A stretch of DNA of 64,000 nucleotides from Eledone cirrhosa (Eukaryota). The stretch lies in NCBI GenBank assembly GCA_964016885.1, contig OZ024742.1, positions 369,706,001 to 369,770,000 on the forward strand. The letters run 5' to 3'. Every line of letters begins with the position of its first letter. The stretch's first letter is position 1. The notes beneath the pieces are model-generated. The model had not been told where the DNA came from. It was given only the letters and a program-made list of their open reading frames with translations, and ran no database searches. The translations under genes were made by a program, and so were the position numbers. Shown piece after piece: positions 23,401 through 36,200 of the stretch.

Positions 23401-24045
23401 TTAACCCTTTCAATATTATATTGTGGTGTTTAACACTTTCAATATCATATTGTGGTGTTTAACCCTTCCAATATTATACTGTGGTGTTTAACCCTTCCAA
23501 TATCATATTATGATGTTAACCCTTTCATTGTCGTACTGTGGTGTTTAACCCTTCCAATATCATACTGTGGTGTTTAACCATTCCAATATCATATTGTGAT
23601 GTTAACCCTTTCATTGTCATACTGTGGTGTTTAACCCTTCCAATATCATATTGTGGTGTTAACCCTTTCATTGTCGTACTGTGGTGTTTAACCCTTCCAA
23701 TATCATATTGTGGTGTTAACCCTTTCATTGTCGTACTGTGGTGTTTAACCCTTCCAATATCATATTGTGGTGTTAACCCTTTCATTGTCATACTGTGGTG
23801 TTTAACCCTTCCAATATCATATTGTGGTGTTAACCCTTTCATTGTCATACTGTGGTGTTTAACCCTTCCAATATCATACTGTGATGTTTAACCCTTCCAA
23901 TATCATACTGTGGTGTTAATCCTTTCATTGTCATACTGTGGTGTTTAACCCTTCCAATATCATACTGTGGTGTTAACCCTTCCAATATCACACTGTGGTG
24001 TTTAACCCTTCCAATATCATTGTGGTGTTTAACCCTTTCATTATA
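14455..24045. repeat. 28/29-bp minisatellite array (~9.6 kb) with higher-order structure
   Basis: Consensus tgtggtgtttaacccttccaatatcatac (29 bp), 28-bp variant tgtggtgttaaccctttcattgtcatac, and a short variant tgtgtgttaaccctttatac. Confidence 0.98.
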
Positions 24046-24126
24046 TTATTCGAGACCCAAGCGTAGGTTGCTATAGAAAGGTTTCTGTTTAAATTCTCGG
24101 TGCAAGTCATGTATATATATATATTA

Positions 24127-24265
24127 CAGTGGAAGCTGCTTATTATGATCATGGATGATATTAACCAGTTATTGTTATCAAAATTACTGGGTTCCAAACT
24201 TTTATTTGTGTTGTCATCTGCTTTATTTCTACTCACAAAACGATCCCAATAAGTGACATCCACTG
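24127..24265. mobile_element. 139-bp Tc1/mariner(pogo)-like MITE
   Basis: 24-bp TIRs CAGTGGAAGCTGCTTATTATGATC / CAGTGGATGTCACTTATTGGGATC (18/24 identical), with TA on both sides (24125-24126, 24266-24267). Confidence 0.72.
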
Positions 24266-27200
24266 TACAACATCTTATCGTCTAGGTTGACATGGGTTAG
24301 ACTGATCCTGTCTCACAATAGACAGGTCAAGACATCCACTGTACAACATCTTATTGTCTAGGTTGACATGGGTTAGACTGATCCTGTCTCACAATAGACA
24401 GGTCAAGACATCCACTGTACAACATCTTATTGTCTAGGTTGACATGGGTTAGACTGATCCTGTCTCACAATAGACAGGTCAAGACATCCACTGTACAACA
24501 TCTTATTGTCTAGGTTGACATGGGTTAGACTGATCCTGTCTCACAATAGACAGGTCAAGACATCCACTGTACAACATCTTATCGTCTAGGTTGACATGGG
24601 TTAGACTGATTCTGTCTCACAATAGACAGGTCAAGACATCCACTGTACAACATCTTATTGTCTAGGTTGACATGGGTTAGACAGATCCTGTCTCACAATA
24701 GACAGGTCAAGACATCCACTGTACAACATCTTACTGTCTAGGTTGACATGGGTTAGACTGATCCTGTCTCACAATAGACAGGTCAAGACATCCACTGTAC
24801 AGCATCTTATTGTCTAGGTTGACATGGGTTAGACAGATCCTGTCTCACAATAGACAGGTCAAGACATCCACTGTACAACATCTTATTGTCTATGTTGACA
24901 TGGGTTAGACAGATCCTGTCTCACAATAGACAGGTCAAGACATCCACTGTACAGCATCTTGTTGTCTAGGTTGACATGGGTTAGACAGATCCTGTCTCAC
25001 AATAGACAGGTCAAGACATCCACTGTACAACATCTTATTGTCTAGGTTGACATGGGTTAGACAGATCCTGTCTCACAATAGACAGGTCAAGACATCCACT
25101 GTACAACATCTTATTGTCTAGGTTGACATGGGTTAGACAGATCCTGTCTCACGATAGACAGGTCAAGACATCCACTGTACAACATCTTATTGTCTAGGTT
25201 GACATGGGTTAGACAGATCCTGTCTCACAATAGACAGGTCAAGACATCCACTGTACAACTTCTTATTGTCTAGGTTGACATGGGTTAGACTGATCCTGTC
25301 TCACAATAAACAGGTCAAGACATCCACTGTACAACATCTTATTGTCTAGGTTGACATGGGTTAGACAGATCCTGTCTCACAATAGACAGGTCAAGACATC
25401 CACTGTACAACATCTTATTGTCTAGGTTGACATGGGTTAGACTGATCCTGTCTCACAATAGACAGGTCAAGACATCCACTGTACAACATCTTATTGTCTA
25501 GGTTGACATGGGTTAGACAGATCCTGTTTCACAATAGACAGGTCAAGACATCCACTGTACAACATCTTATTGTCTAGGTTGACATGGGTTAGACTGATCC
25601 TGTCTCACAATAGACAGGTCAAGACATCCACTGTACAACATCTTATTGTCTAGGTTGACATGGGTTAGACTGATCCTGTCTCACAATAGACAGGTCAAGA
25701 CATCCACTGTACAACATCTTATCGTCTAGGTTGACATGGGTTAGACTGATCCTGTCTCACAATAGACAGGTCAAGACATCCACTGTACAACATCTTATTG
25801 TCTAGGTTGACATGGGTTAGACTGATCCTGTCTCACAATAGACAGGTCAAGACATCCACTGTACAACATCTTATTGTCTAGGTTGACATGGGTTAGACTG
25901 ATCCTGTCTCACAATAGACAGGTCAAGACATCCACTGTACAACATCTTATTGTCTAGGTTGACATGGGTTAGACTGATCCTGTCTCACAATAGACAGGTC
26001 AAGACATCCACTGTACAACATCTTATCGTCTAGGTTGACATGGATTAGACTGATCCTGTCTCACAATAGACAGGTCAAGACATCCACTGTACAACATCTT
26101 ATTGTCTAGGTTGACATGGGTTAGACAGATCCTGTCCCACAATAGACAGGTCAAGACATCCACTGTACAACATCTTATTATCTAGGTTGACATGGGTTAG
26201 ACTTATCCTGTCTCACAATAGACAGGTCAAGACATCCACTGTACAGCATCTTATTGTCTAGGTTGACATGGGTTAGACTGATCCTGTCTCACAATAGACA
26301 GGTCAAGACATCCACTGTACAACATCTTATTATCTAGGTTGACATGGGTTAGACTTATCCTGTCTCACAATAGACAGGTCAAGACATCCACTGTACAGCA
26401 TCTTATTGTCTAGGTTGACATGGGTTAGACAGATCCTGTCTCACAATAGACAGGTCAAGACATCCACTGTACAACATCTTATTGTCTAGGTTGACATGGG
26501 TTAGACAGATCCTGTCTCACGATAGACAGGTCAAGACATCCACTGTACATCTTATTGTCTAGGTTGACATAGGTTAGACAGATCCTGTCTCACAATAGAC
26601 AGGTCAAGACATCCACTGTACAACATCTTATTGTCTAGGTTGACATGGGTTAGACAGATCCTGTCTCACAATAGACAGGTCAAGACATCCACTGTACAAC
26701 ATCTTATTGTCTAGGTTGACATGGGTTAGACAGATCCTGTCTCACGATAGACAGGTCAAGACATCCACTGTACAACATCTTATTGTCTAGGTTGACATGG
26801 GTTAGACAGATCCTGTCTCACAATAGACAGGTCAAGACATCTACTGTACAACATCTTATTGTCTAGGTTGACATGGGTTAGAGTGATCCTGTCTCACAAT
26901 AAACAGGTCAAGACATCCACTGTACAACATCTTATTGTCTAGGTTGACATGGGTTAGACAGATCCTGTCTCACAATAGACAGGTCAAGACATCCACTGTA
27001 CAACATCCTATTGTCTAGGTTGACATGGATTAGACTGATCCTGTCTCACAATAGACAGGTCAAGACATCCACTGTACAACATCTTATTGTCTAGGTTGAC
27101 ATGGGTTAGACAGATCCTGTCTCACAATAGACAGGTCAAGACATCCACTGTACAACATCTTATTGTCTAGGTTGACATGGGTTAGACTGATCCTGTCTCA

Positions 27201-30200
27201 CAATAGACAGGTCAAGACATCAACTGTACAACATCTTATCGTCTAGGTTGACATGGGTTAGACTGATCCTGTCTCACAATAGACAGGTCAAGACATCCAC
27301 TGTACAACATCTTATTGTCTAGGTTGACATGGGTTAGACTGATCCTGTCTCACAATAGACAGGGAAAGACATCCACTGTACAACATCTTATTGTCTAGGT
27401 TGACATGGGTTAGACTGATCCTGTCTCACAATAGACAGGGAAAGACATCCACTGTACAACATCTTATTGTCTAGGTTGACATGGGTTAGACAGATCCTGT
27501 CTCACAATAGACAGGTCAAGACATCCACTGTACAACATCTTATTGTCTAGGTTGACATGGGTTAGACAGATCCTGTCCCACAATAGACAGGTCAAGACAT
27601 CCACTGTACAACATCTTATTGTCTAGGTTGACATGGGTTAGACTGATCCTGTCTCACAATAGACAGGTCAAGACATCCACTGTACAACATCTTATTGTCT
27701 AGGTTGACATGGGTTAGACAGATCCTGTCTCACAATAGACAGGTCAAGACATCCACTGTACAACATCTTATTGTCTAGGTTGACATGGGTTAGACTGATC
27801 CTGTCTCACAATAGACAGGTCAAGACATCCACTGTACAACATCTTATTGTCTAGGTTGACATGGGTTACACAGATCCTGTCTCACAATAGACAGGTCAAG
27901 ACATCCACTGTACAACATCTTATTGTCTAGGTTGACATGGGTTAGACAGATCCTGTCTCACAATAGATAGGTCAAGACATCCACTGTACAACATCTTATT
28001 TTCTAGGTTGACATGGGTTACACAGATCCTGTCTCACAATAGACAGGTCAAGACATCCACTGTACAACATCTTATTGTCTAGGTTGACATGGGTTACACA
28101 GATCCTGTCTCACAATAGACAGGTCAAGACATCCACTGTACAACATCTTATTGTCTAGGTTGACATGGGTTAGACAGATCCTGTCTCACAATAGACAGGT
28201 CAAGACATCCACTGTACAACATCTTATTTTCTAGGTTGACATGGGTTAGACTGATCCTGTCTCACAATAGACAGGTCAAGACATCCACTGTACAACATCT
28301 TATCGTCTAGGTTGACATGGGTTAGACTGATCCTGTCTCACAATAGACAGGTCAAGACATCCACTGTACAACATCTTATCGTCTAGGTTGACATGGGTTA
28401 GACTGATCCTGTCTCACAATAGACAGGTCAAGACATCCACTGTACAACATCTTGTTGTCTAGGTTGACATGGGTTAGACAGATCCTGTCTCACAATAGAC
28501 AGGTCAAGACATCCACTGTACAACATCTTATTGTCTAGGTTGACATGGGTTAGACAGATCCTGTCTCACAATAGACAGGTCAAGACATCCACTGTACAAC
28601 ATCTTATTGTCTAGGTTGACATGGGTTAGACAGATCCTGTCTCACAATAGACAGGTCAAGACATCCACTGTACAACATCTTATTGTCTAGGTTGACATGG
28701 GTTAGAGTGATCCTGTCTCACAATAAACAGGTCAAGACATCCACTGTACAACATCTTATTGTCTAGGTTGACATGGGTTAGACAGATCCTGTCTCACAAT
28801 AGACAGGTCAAGACATCCACTGTACAACATCTTATTGTCTAGGTTGACATGGGTTAGACTGATCCTGTCTCACAATAGACAGGTCAAGACATCCACTGTA
28901 CAACATCTTATTGTCTAGGTTGACATGGGTTAGACAGATCCTGTCTCACAATAGACAGGTCAAGACATCCACTGTACAACATCTCATTGTCTAGGTTGAC
29001 ATGGGTTAGACTGATCCTGTCTCACAATAGACAGGTCAAGACATCCACTGTACAACATCTTATCGTCTAGGTTGACATGGGTTAGACTGATCCTGTCTCA
29101 CAATAGACAGGTCAAGACATCCACTGTACAACATCTTATCGTCTAGGTTGACATGGGTTAGACTGATCCTGTCTCACAATAGACAGGTCAAGACATCCAC
29201 TGTACAACATCTTATTGTCTAGGTTGACATGGGTTAGACAGATCCTGTCTCAGAATAGACAGGTCAAGACATCCACTGTACAACATCTTATTGTCTAGGT
29301 TGACATGGGTTAGACAGATCCTGTCTCACAATAGACAGGTCAAGACATCCACTGTACAACATCTTATTATCTAGGTTGACATGGGTTAGACTGATCCTGT
29401 CTCACAATAGACAGGTCAAGACATCCACTGTACAACATCTTATTGTCTAGGTTGACATGGGTTAGACAGATCCTGTCTCACAATAGACAGGTCAAGACAT
29501 CCACTGTACAACATCTTATTATCTAGGTTGACATGGGTTAGACTTATCCTGTCTCACAATAGACAGGTCAAGACATCCACTGTACAGCATCTTGTTGTCT
29601 AGGTTGACATGGGTTAGACAGATCCTGTCTCACAATAGACAGGTCAAGACATCCACTGTACAACATCTTATTGTCTAGGTTGACATGGGTTAGACAGATC
29701 CTGTCTCACAATAGACAGGTCAAGACATCCACTGTATAAAATCTTATTGTCTAGGTTGACATGGGTTAGACAGATCCTGTCTCACGATAGACAGGTCAAG
29801 ACATCCACTGTACAACATCTTATTGTCTAGGTTGACATGGGTTGGACAGATCCTGTCTCACAATAGACAGGTCAAGACATCCACTGTACAACATCTTATT
29901 GTCTAGGTTGACATGGGTTAGACAGATCCTGTCTCACAATAGACAGGTCAAGACATCCACTGTACAACATCTTATTGTCTAGGTTGACATGGGTTAGACA
30001 GATCCTGTTTCACAATAGACAGGTCAAGACATCCACTGTATAAAATCTTATTGTCTAGGTTGACATGGGTTAGACAGATCCTGTCTCACGATAGACAGGT
30101 CAAGACATCCACTGTACAACATCTTATTGTCTAGGTTGACATGGGTTAGACAGATCCTGTCTCACAATAGACAGGTCAAGACATCCACTGTACAACATCT

Positions 30201-33200
30201 TATTGTCTAGGTTGACATGGGTTAGACAGATCCTGTTTCACAATAGACAGGTCAAGACATCCACTGTACAACATCTTATTGTCTAGGTTGACATGGGTTA
30301 GACAGATCCTGTCTCACAATAGACAGGTCAAGACATCCACTGTACAACATCTTATTGTCTAGGTTGACATGGGTTAGACAGATCCTGTTTCACAATAGAC
30401 AGGTCAAGACATCCACTGTACAACATCTTATTGTCTAGGTTGACATGGGTTAGACTGATCCTGTCTCACAATAGACAGGTCAAGACATCCACTGTACAAC
30501 ATCTTATCGTCTAGGTTGACATGGGTTAGACTGATCCTGTCTCACAATAGACAGGTCAAGACATCCACTGTACAACATCTTATTGTCTAGGTTGACATGG
30601 GTTAGACTGATCCTGTCTCACAATAGACAGGTCAAGACATCCACTGTACAACATCTTATTGTCTAGGTTGACATGGGTTAGACTGATCCTGTCTCACAAT
30701 AGACAGGTCAAGACATCCACTGTACAACATCTTATTGTCTAGGTTGACATGGGTTAGACTGATCCTGTCTCACAATAGACAGGTCAAGACATCCACTGTA
30801 CAACATCTTATCGTCTAGGTTGACATGGATTAGACTGATCCTGTCTCACAATAGACAGGTCAAGACATCCACTGTACAACATCTTATTGTCTAGGTTGAC
30901 ATGGGTTAGACAGATCCTGTCTCACAATAGACAGGTCAAGACATCCACTGTACAACATCTTACTGTCTAGGTTGACATGGGTTAGACTGATCCTGTCTCA
31001 CAATAGACAGGTCAAGACATCCACTGTACAACATCTTATTGTCTAGGTTGACATGGGTTAGACAGATCCTGTCTCACAATAGACAGGTCAAGACATCCAC
31101 TGTACAACATCTTATTGTCTAGGTTGACATGGGTTAGACAGATCCTGTCTCACAATAGACAGGTCAAGACATCAACTGTACAACATCTTATCGTCTAGGT
31201 TGACATGGGTTAGACAGATCCTGTCTCACAATAGACAAGTCAAGACATCCACTGTACAACATCTTATTGTCTAGGTTGACATGGGTTAGACTGATCCTGT
31301 CTCACAATAGACAGGTCAAGACATCCACTGTACAACATCTTATTGCTAGGTTGACATGGGTTAGACTGATCCTGTCTCACAATAGACAAGTCAAGACATC
31401 CACTGTACAACATCTTATTGTCTAGGTTGACATGGGTTAGACTGATCCTGTCTCACAATAGACAGGTCAAGACATCCACTGTACAACATCTTATTGCTAG
31501 GTTGACATGGGTTAGACTGATCCTGTCTCACAATAGACAGGTCAAGACATCCACTGTACAACATCTTATTGCTAGGTTGACATGGGTTAGACTGATCCTG
31601 TCTCACAATAGACAGGTCAAGACATCCACTGTACAACATCTTATTGTCTAGGTTGACATGGGTTAGACTGATCCTGTCTCACAATAGACAGGTCAAGACA
31701 TCCACTGTACAACATATTATTGTCTAGGTTGACATGGGTTAGACTGATCCTGTCTCACAATAGACAGGTCAAGACATCCACTGTACAACATCTTATTGTC
31801 TAGGTTGACATGGGTTAGACAGATCCTGTCTCACAATAGACAGGTCAAGACATCCACTGTACAACATCTTATTGTCTAGGTTGACATGGGTTAGACTGAT
31901 CCTGTCTCACAATAGACAGGTCAAGACATCCACTGTACAACATCTTATTGTCTAGGTTGACATGGGTTAGACAGATCCTGTCTCACAATAGACAGGTCAA
32001 GACATCCACTGTACAACATCTTATTGTCTAGGTTGACATGGGTTAGACTGATCCTGTCTCACAATAGACAGGTCAAGACATCCACTGTACAGCATCTTAT
32101 TGTCTAGGTTGACATGGGTAGACAGATCCTGTCTCACAATAGACAGGTCAAGACATCCACTGTACAACATCTTATTGTCTAGGTTGACATGGGTTAGACA
32201 GATCCTGTCCCACAATAGACAGGTCAAGACATCCACTGTACAACATCTTATTGTCTAGGTTGACATGGGTTAGACTGATCCTGTCTCACAATAGACAGGT
32301 CAAGACATCCACTGTACAAGATCTGATTGTCTAGGTTGACATGGATTAGACTGATCCTGTCTCACAATAGACAGATCAAGACATCCACTGTACAACATCT
32401 TATTGTCTAGGTTAACATGGGTTACACAGATCCTGTCTCACAATAGACAGATCAAGACATCCACTGTACAACATCTTATTGCTAGGTTGACATGGGTTAG
32501 ACTGATCCTGTCTCACAATAGACAGGTCAAGACATCCACTGTACAACATCTTATTGTCTAGGTTAACATGGGTTACACAGATCCTGTCTCACAATAGACA
32601 GGTCAAGACATCCACTGTACAACATCTTATTGTCTAGGTTGACATGGGTTAGACAGATCCTGTCTCACAATAGACAGGTCAAGACATCCACTGTACAACA
32701 TCTTATTTTCTAGGTTGACATGGGTTAGACTGATCCTGTCTCACAATAGACAGGTCAAGACATCCACTGTACAACATCTTATCGTCTAGGTTGACATGGG
32801 TTAGACTGATCCTGTCTCACAATAGACAGGTCAAGACATCCACTGTACAACATCTTATTGTCTAGGTTGACATGGGTTAGACAGATCCTGTCCCACAATA
32901 GACAGGTCAAGACATCCACTGTACAACATCTTATTATCTAGGTTGACATGGGTTAGACTTATCCTGTCTCACAATAGACAGGTCAAGACATCCACTGTAC
33001 AGCATCTTATTGTCTAGGTTGACATGGGTTAGACAGATCCTGTCTCACAATAGACAGGTCAAGACATCCACTGTACAACATCTTGTTGTCTAGGTTGACA
33101 TGGGTTAGACAGATCCTGTCTCACAATAGACAGGTCAAGACATCCACTGTACAACATCTTATTGTCTAGGTTGACATGGGTTAGACAGATCCTGTCTCAC

Positions 33201-36200
33201 AATAGACAGGTCAAGACATCCACTGTACAACATCTTATTGTCTAGGTTGACATGGGTTAGACAGATCCTGTCTCACGATAGACAGGTCAAGACATCCACT
33301 GTACAACATCTTATTGTCTAGGTTGACATGGGTTAGACAGATCCTGTCTCACAATAGACAGGTCAAGACATCCACTGTACAACATCTTATTGTCTAGGTT
33401 GACATGGGTTAGAGTGATCCTGTCTCACAATAAACAGGTCAAGACATCCACTGTACAACATCTTATTGTCTAGGTTGACATGGGTTAGACAGATCCTGTC
33501 TCACAATAGACAGGTCAAGACATCCACTGTACAACATCTTATTGTCTAGGTTGACATGGGTTAGACTGATCCTGTCTCACAATAGACAGGTCAAGACATC
33601 CACTGTACAACATCTTATTGTCTAGGTTGACATGGGTTAGACAGATCCTGTCTCACAATAGACAGGTCAAGACATCCACTGTACAACATCTTATTGTCTA
33701 GGTTGACATGGGTTAGACTGATCCTGTCTCACAATAGACAGGTCAAGACATCAACTGTACAACATCTTATTGTCTAGGTTGACATGGGTTAGACAGATCC
33801 TGTCTCACAATAGACAGGTCAAGACATCCACTGTACAACATCTTATTGTCTAGGTTGACATGGGTTAGACAGATCCTGTCTCACAATAGACAGGTCAAGA
33901 CATCCACTGTACAACATCTTATTGTCTAGGTTGACATGGGTTAGACTGATCCTGTCTCACAATAGACAGGTCAAGACATCCACTGTACAACATCTTATTG
34001 CTAGGTTGACATGGGTTAGACTGATCCTGTCTCACAATAGACAGGTCAAGACATCCACTGTACAACATCTTATTGTCTAGGTTGACATGGGTTAGACTGA
34101 TCCTGTCTCACAATAGACAGGGAAAGACATCCACTGTACAACATCTTATTGTCTAGGTTGACATGGGTTAGACAGATCCTGTCTCACAATAGACAGGTCA
34201 AGACATCCACTGTACAACATCTTATTGTCTAGGTTGACATGGGTTAGACTGATCCTGTCTCACAATAGACAGGTCAAGACATCCACTGTACAGCATCTTA
34301 TTGTCTAGGTTGACATGGGTTAGACAGATCCTGTCTCACAATAGACAGGTCAAGACATCCACTGTACAACATCTTATTGTCTAGGTTGACATGGGTTAGA
34401 CAGATCCTGTCCCACAATAGACAGGTCAAGACATCCACTGTACAACACCTTATTGTCTAGGTTGACATGGGTTAGACTGATCCTGTCTCACAATAGACAG
34501 GTCAAGACATCCACTGTACAACATCTGATTGTCTAGGTTGACATGGATTAGACTGATCCTGTCTCACAATAGACAGGTCAAGACATCCACTGTACAACAT
34601 CTTATTGTCTACGTTGACATGGGTTAGACAGATCCTGTCTCACAATAGACAGGTCAAGACATCCACTGTACAACATCTTATTGTCTAGGTTGACATGGGT
34701 TAGACTGATCCTGTCTCACAATAGACAGGTCAAGACATCCACTGTACAACATCTTATTGTCTAGGTTGACATGGGTTACACAGATCCTGTCTCACAATAG
34801 ACAGGTCAAGACATCCACTGTACAACATCTTATTGTCTAGGTTGACATGGGTTAGACAGATCCTGTCTCACAATAGACAGGTCAAGACATCCACTGTACA
34901 ACATCTTATTTTCTAGGTTGACATGGGTTAGACTGATCCTGTCTCACAATAGACAGGTCAAGACATCCACTGTACAACATCTTATCGTCTAGGTTGACAT
35001 GGGTTAGACTGATCCTGTCTGACAATAGACAGGTCAAGACATCCACTGTACAACATCTTATCGTCTAGGTTGACATGGGTTAGACTGATCCTGTCTCACA
35101 ATAGACAGGTCAAGACATCCACTGTACAACATCTTATTGTCTAGGTTGACATGGGTTAGACAGATCCTGTCTCACAATAGACAGGTCAAGACATCCACTG
35201 TACAGCATCTTATTGTCTAGGTTGACATGGGTTAGACAGATCCTGTCTCACAATAGACAGGTCAAGACATCCACTGTACAACATCTTATTGTCAAGGTTG
35301 ACATGGGTTAGACTGATCCTGTCTCACAATAGACAGGTCAAGACATCCACTGTACAGCATCTTATTGTCTAGGTTGACATGGGTTAGACAGATCCTGTCT
35401 CACAATAGACAGGTCAAGACATCCACTGTACAACATCTTGTTGTCTAGGTTGACATGGGTTAGACAGATCCTGTCTCATAATAGACAGGTCAAGACATCC
35501 ACTGTACAACATCTTATTGTCTAGGTTGACATGGGTTAGACTGATCCTGTCTCACAATAGACAGGTCAAGACATCCACTGTACAACATCTCATTGTCTAG
35601 GTTGACATGGGTTAGACTGATCCTGTCTCACAATAGACAGGTCAAGACATCCACTGTACAACATCTTATTGTCTAGGTTGACATGGGTTAGACTGATCCT
35701 GTCTCACAATAGACAGGTCAAGACATCCACTGTACAACATCTTATTGTCTAGGTTAACATGGGTTACACAGATCCTGTCTCACAATAGACAGGTCAAGAC
35801 ATCCACTGTACAACATCTTATTGTCTAGGTTGACATGGGTTAGACAGATCCTGTCTCACAATAGACAGGTCAAGACATCCACTGTACAACATCTTATTTT
35901 CTAGGTTGACATGGGTTAGACTGATACTGTCTCACAATAGACAGGTCAAGACATCCACTGTACAACATCTTATCGTCTAGGTTGACATGGGTTAGACTGA
36001 TCCTGTCTCACAATAGACAGGTCAAGACATCCACTGTACAACATCTTATTGTCTAGGTTGACATGGGTTAGACAGATCCTGTCCCACAATAGACAGGTCA
36101 AGACATCCACTGTACAACATCTTATTATCTAGGTTGACATGGGTTAGACTTATCCTGTCTCACAATAGACAGGTCAAGACATCCACTGTACAGCATCTTA

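Noticed and set aside
14631-23891. Many repetitive 60-117 aa ORFs
   Set aside because: By-products of the 57- and 78-bp satellite units being multiples of three; no coding signal.
24045-24255. Telomere-telomere fusion site
   Set aside because: No tandem TTAGGG repeats, and the motif orientation is opposite to a head-to-head fusion.
24255-24330. Hammerhead ribozyme in the 76-bp monomer (as in newt or schistosome satellites)
   Set aside because: No CTGANGA...GAAA core on either strand.
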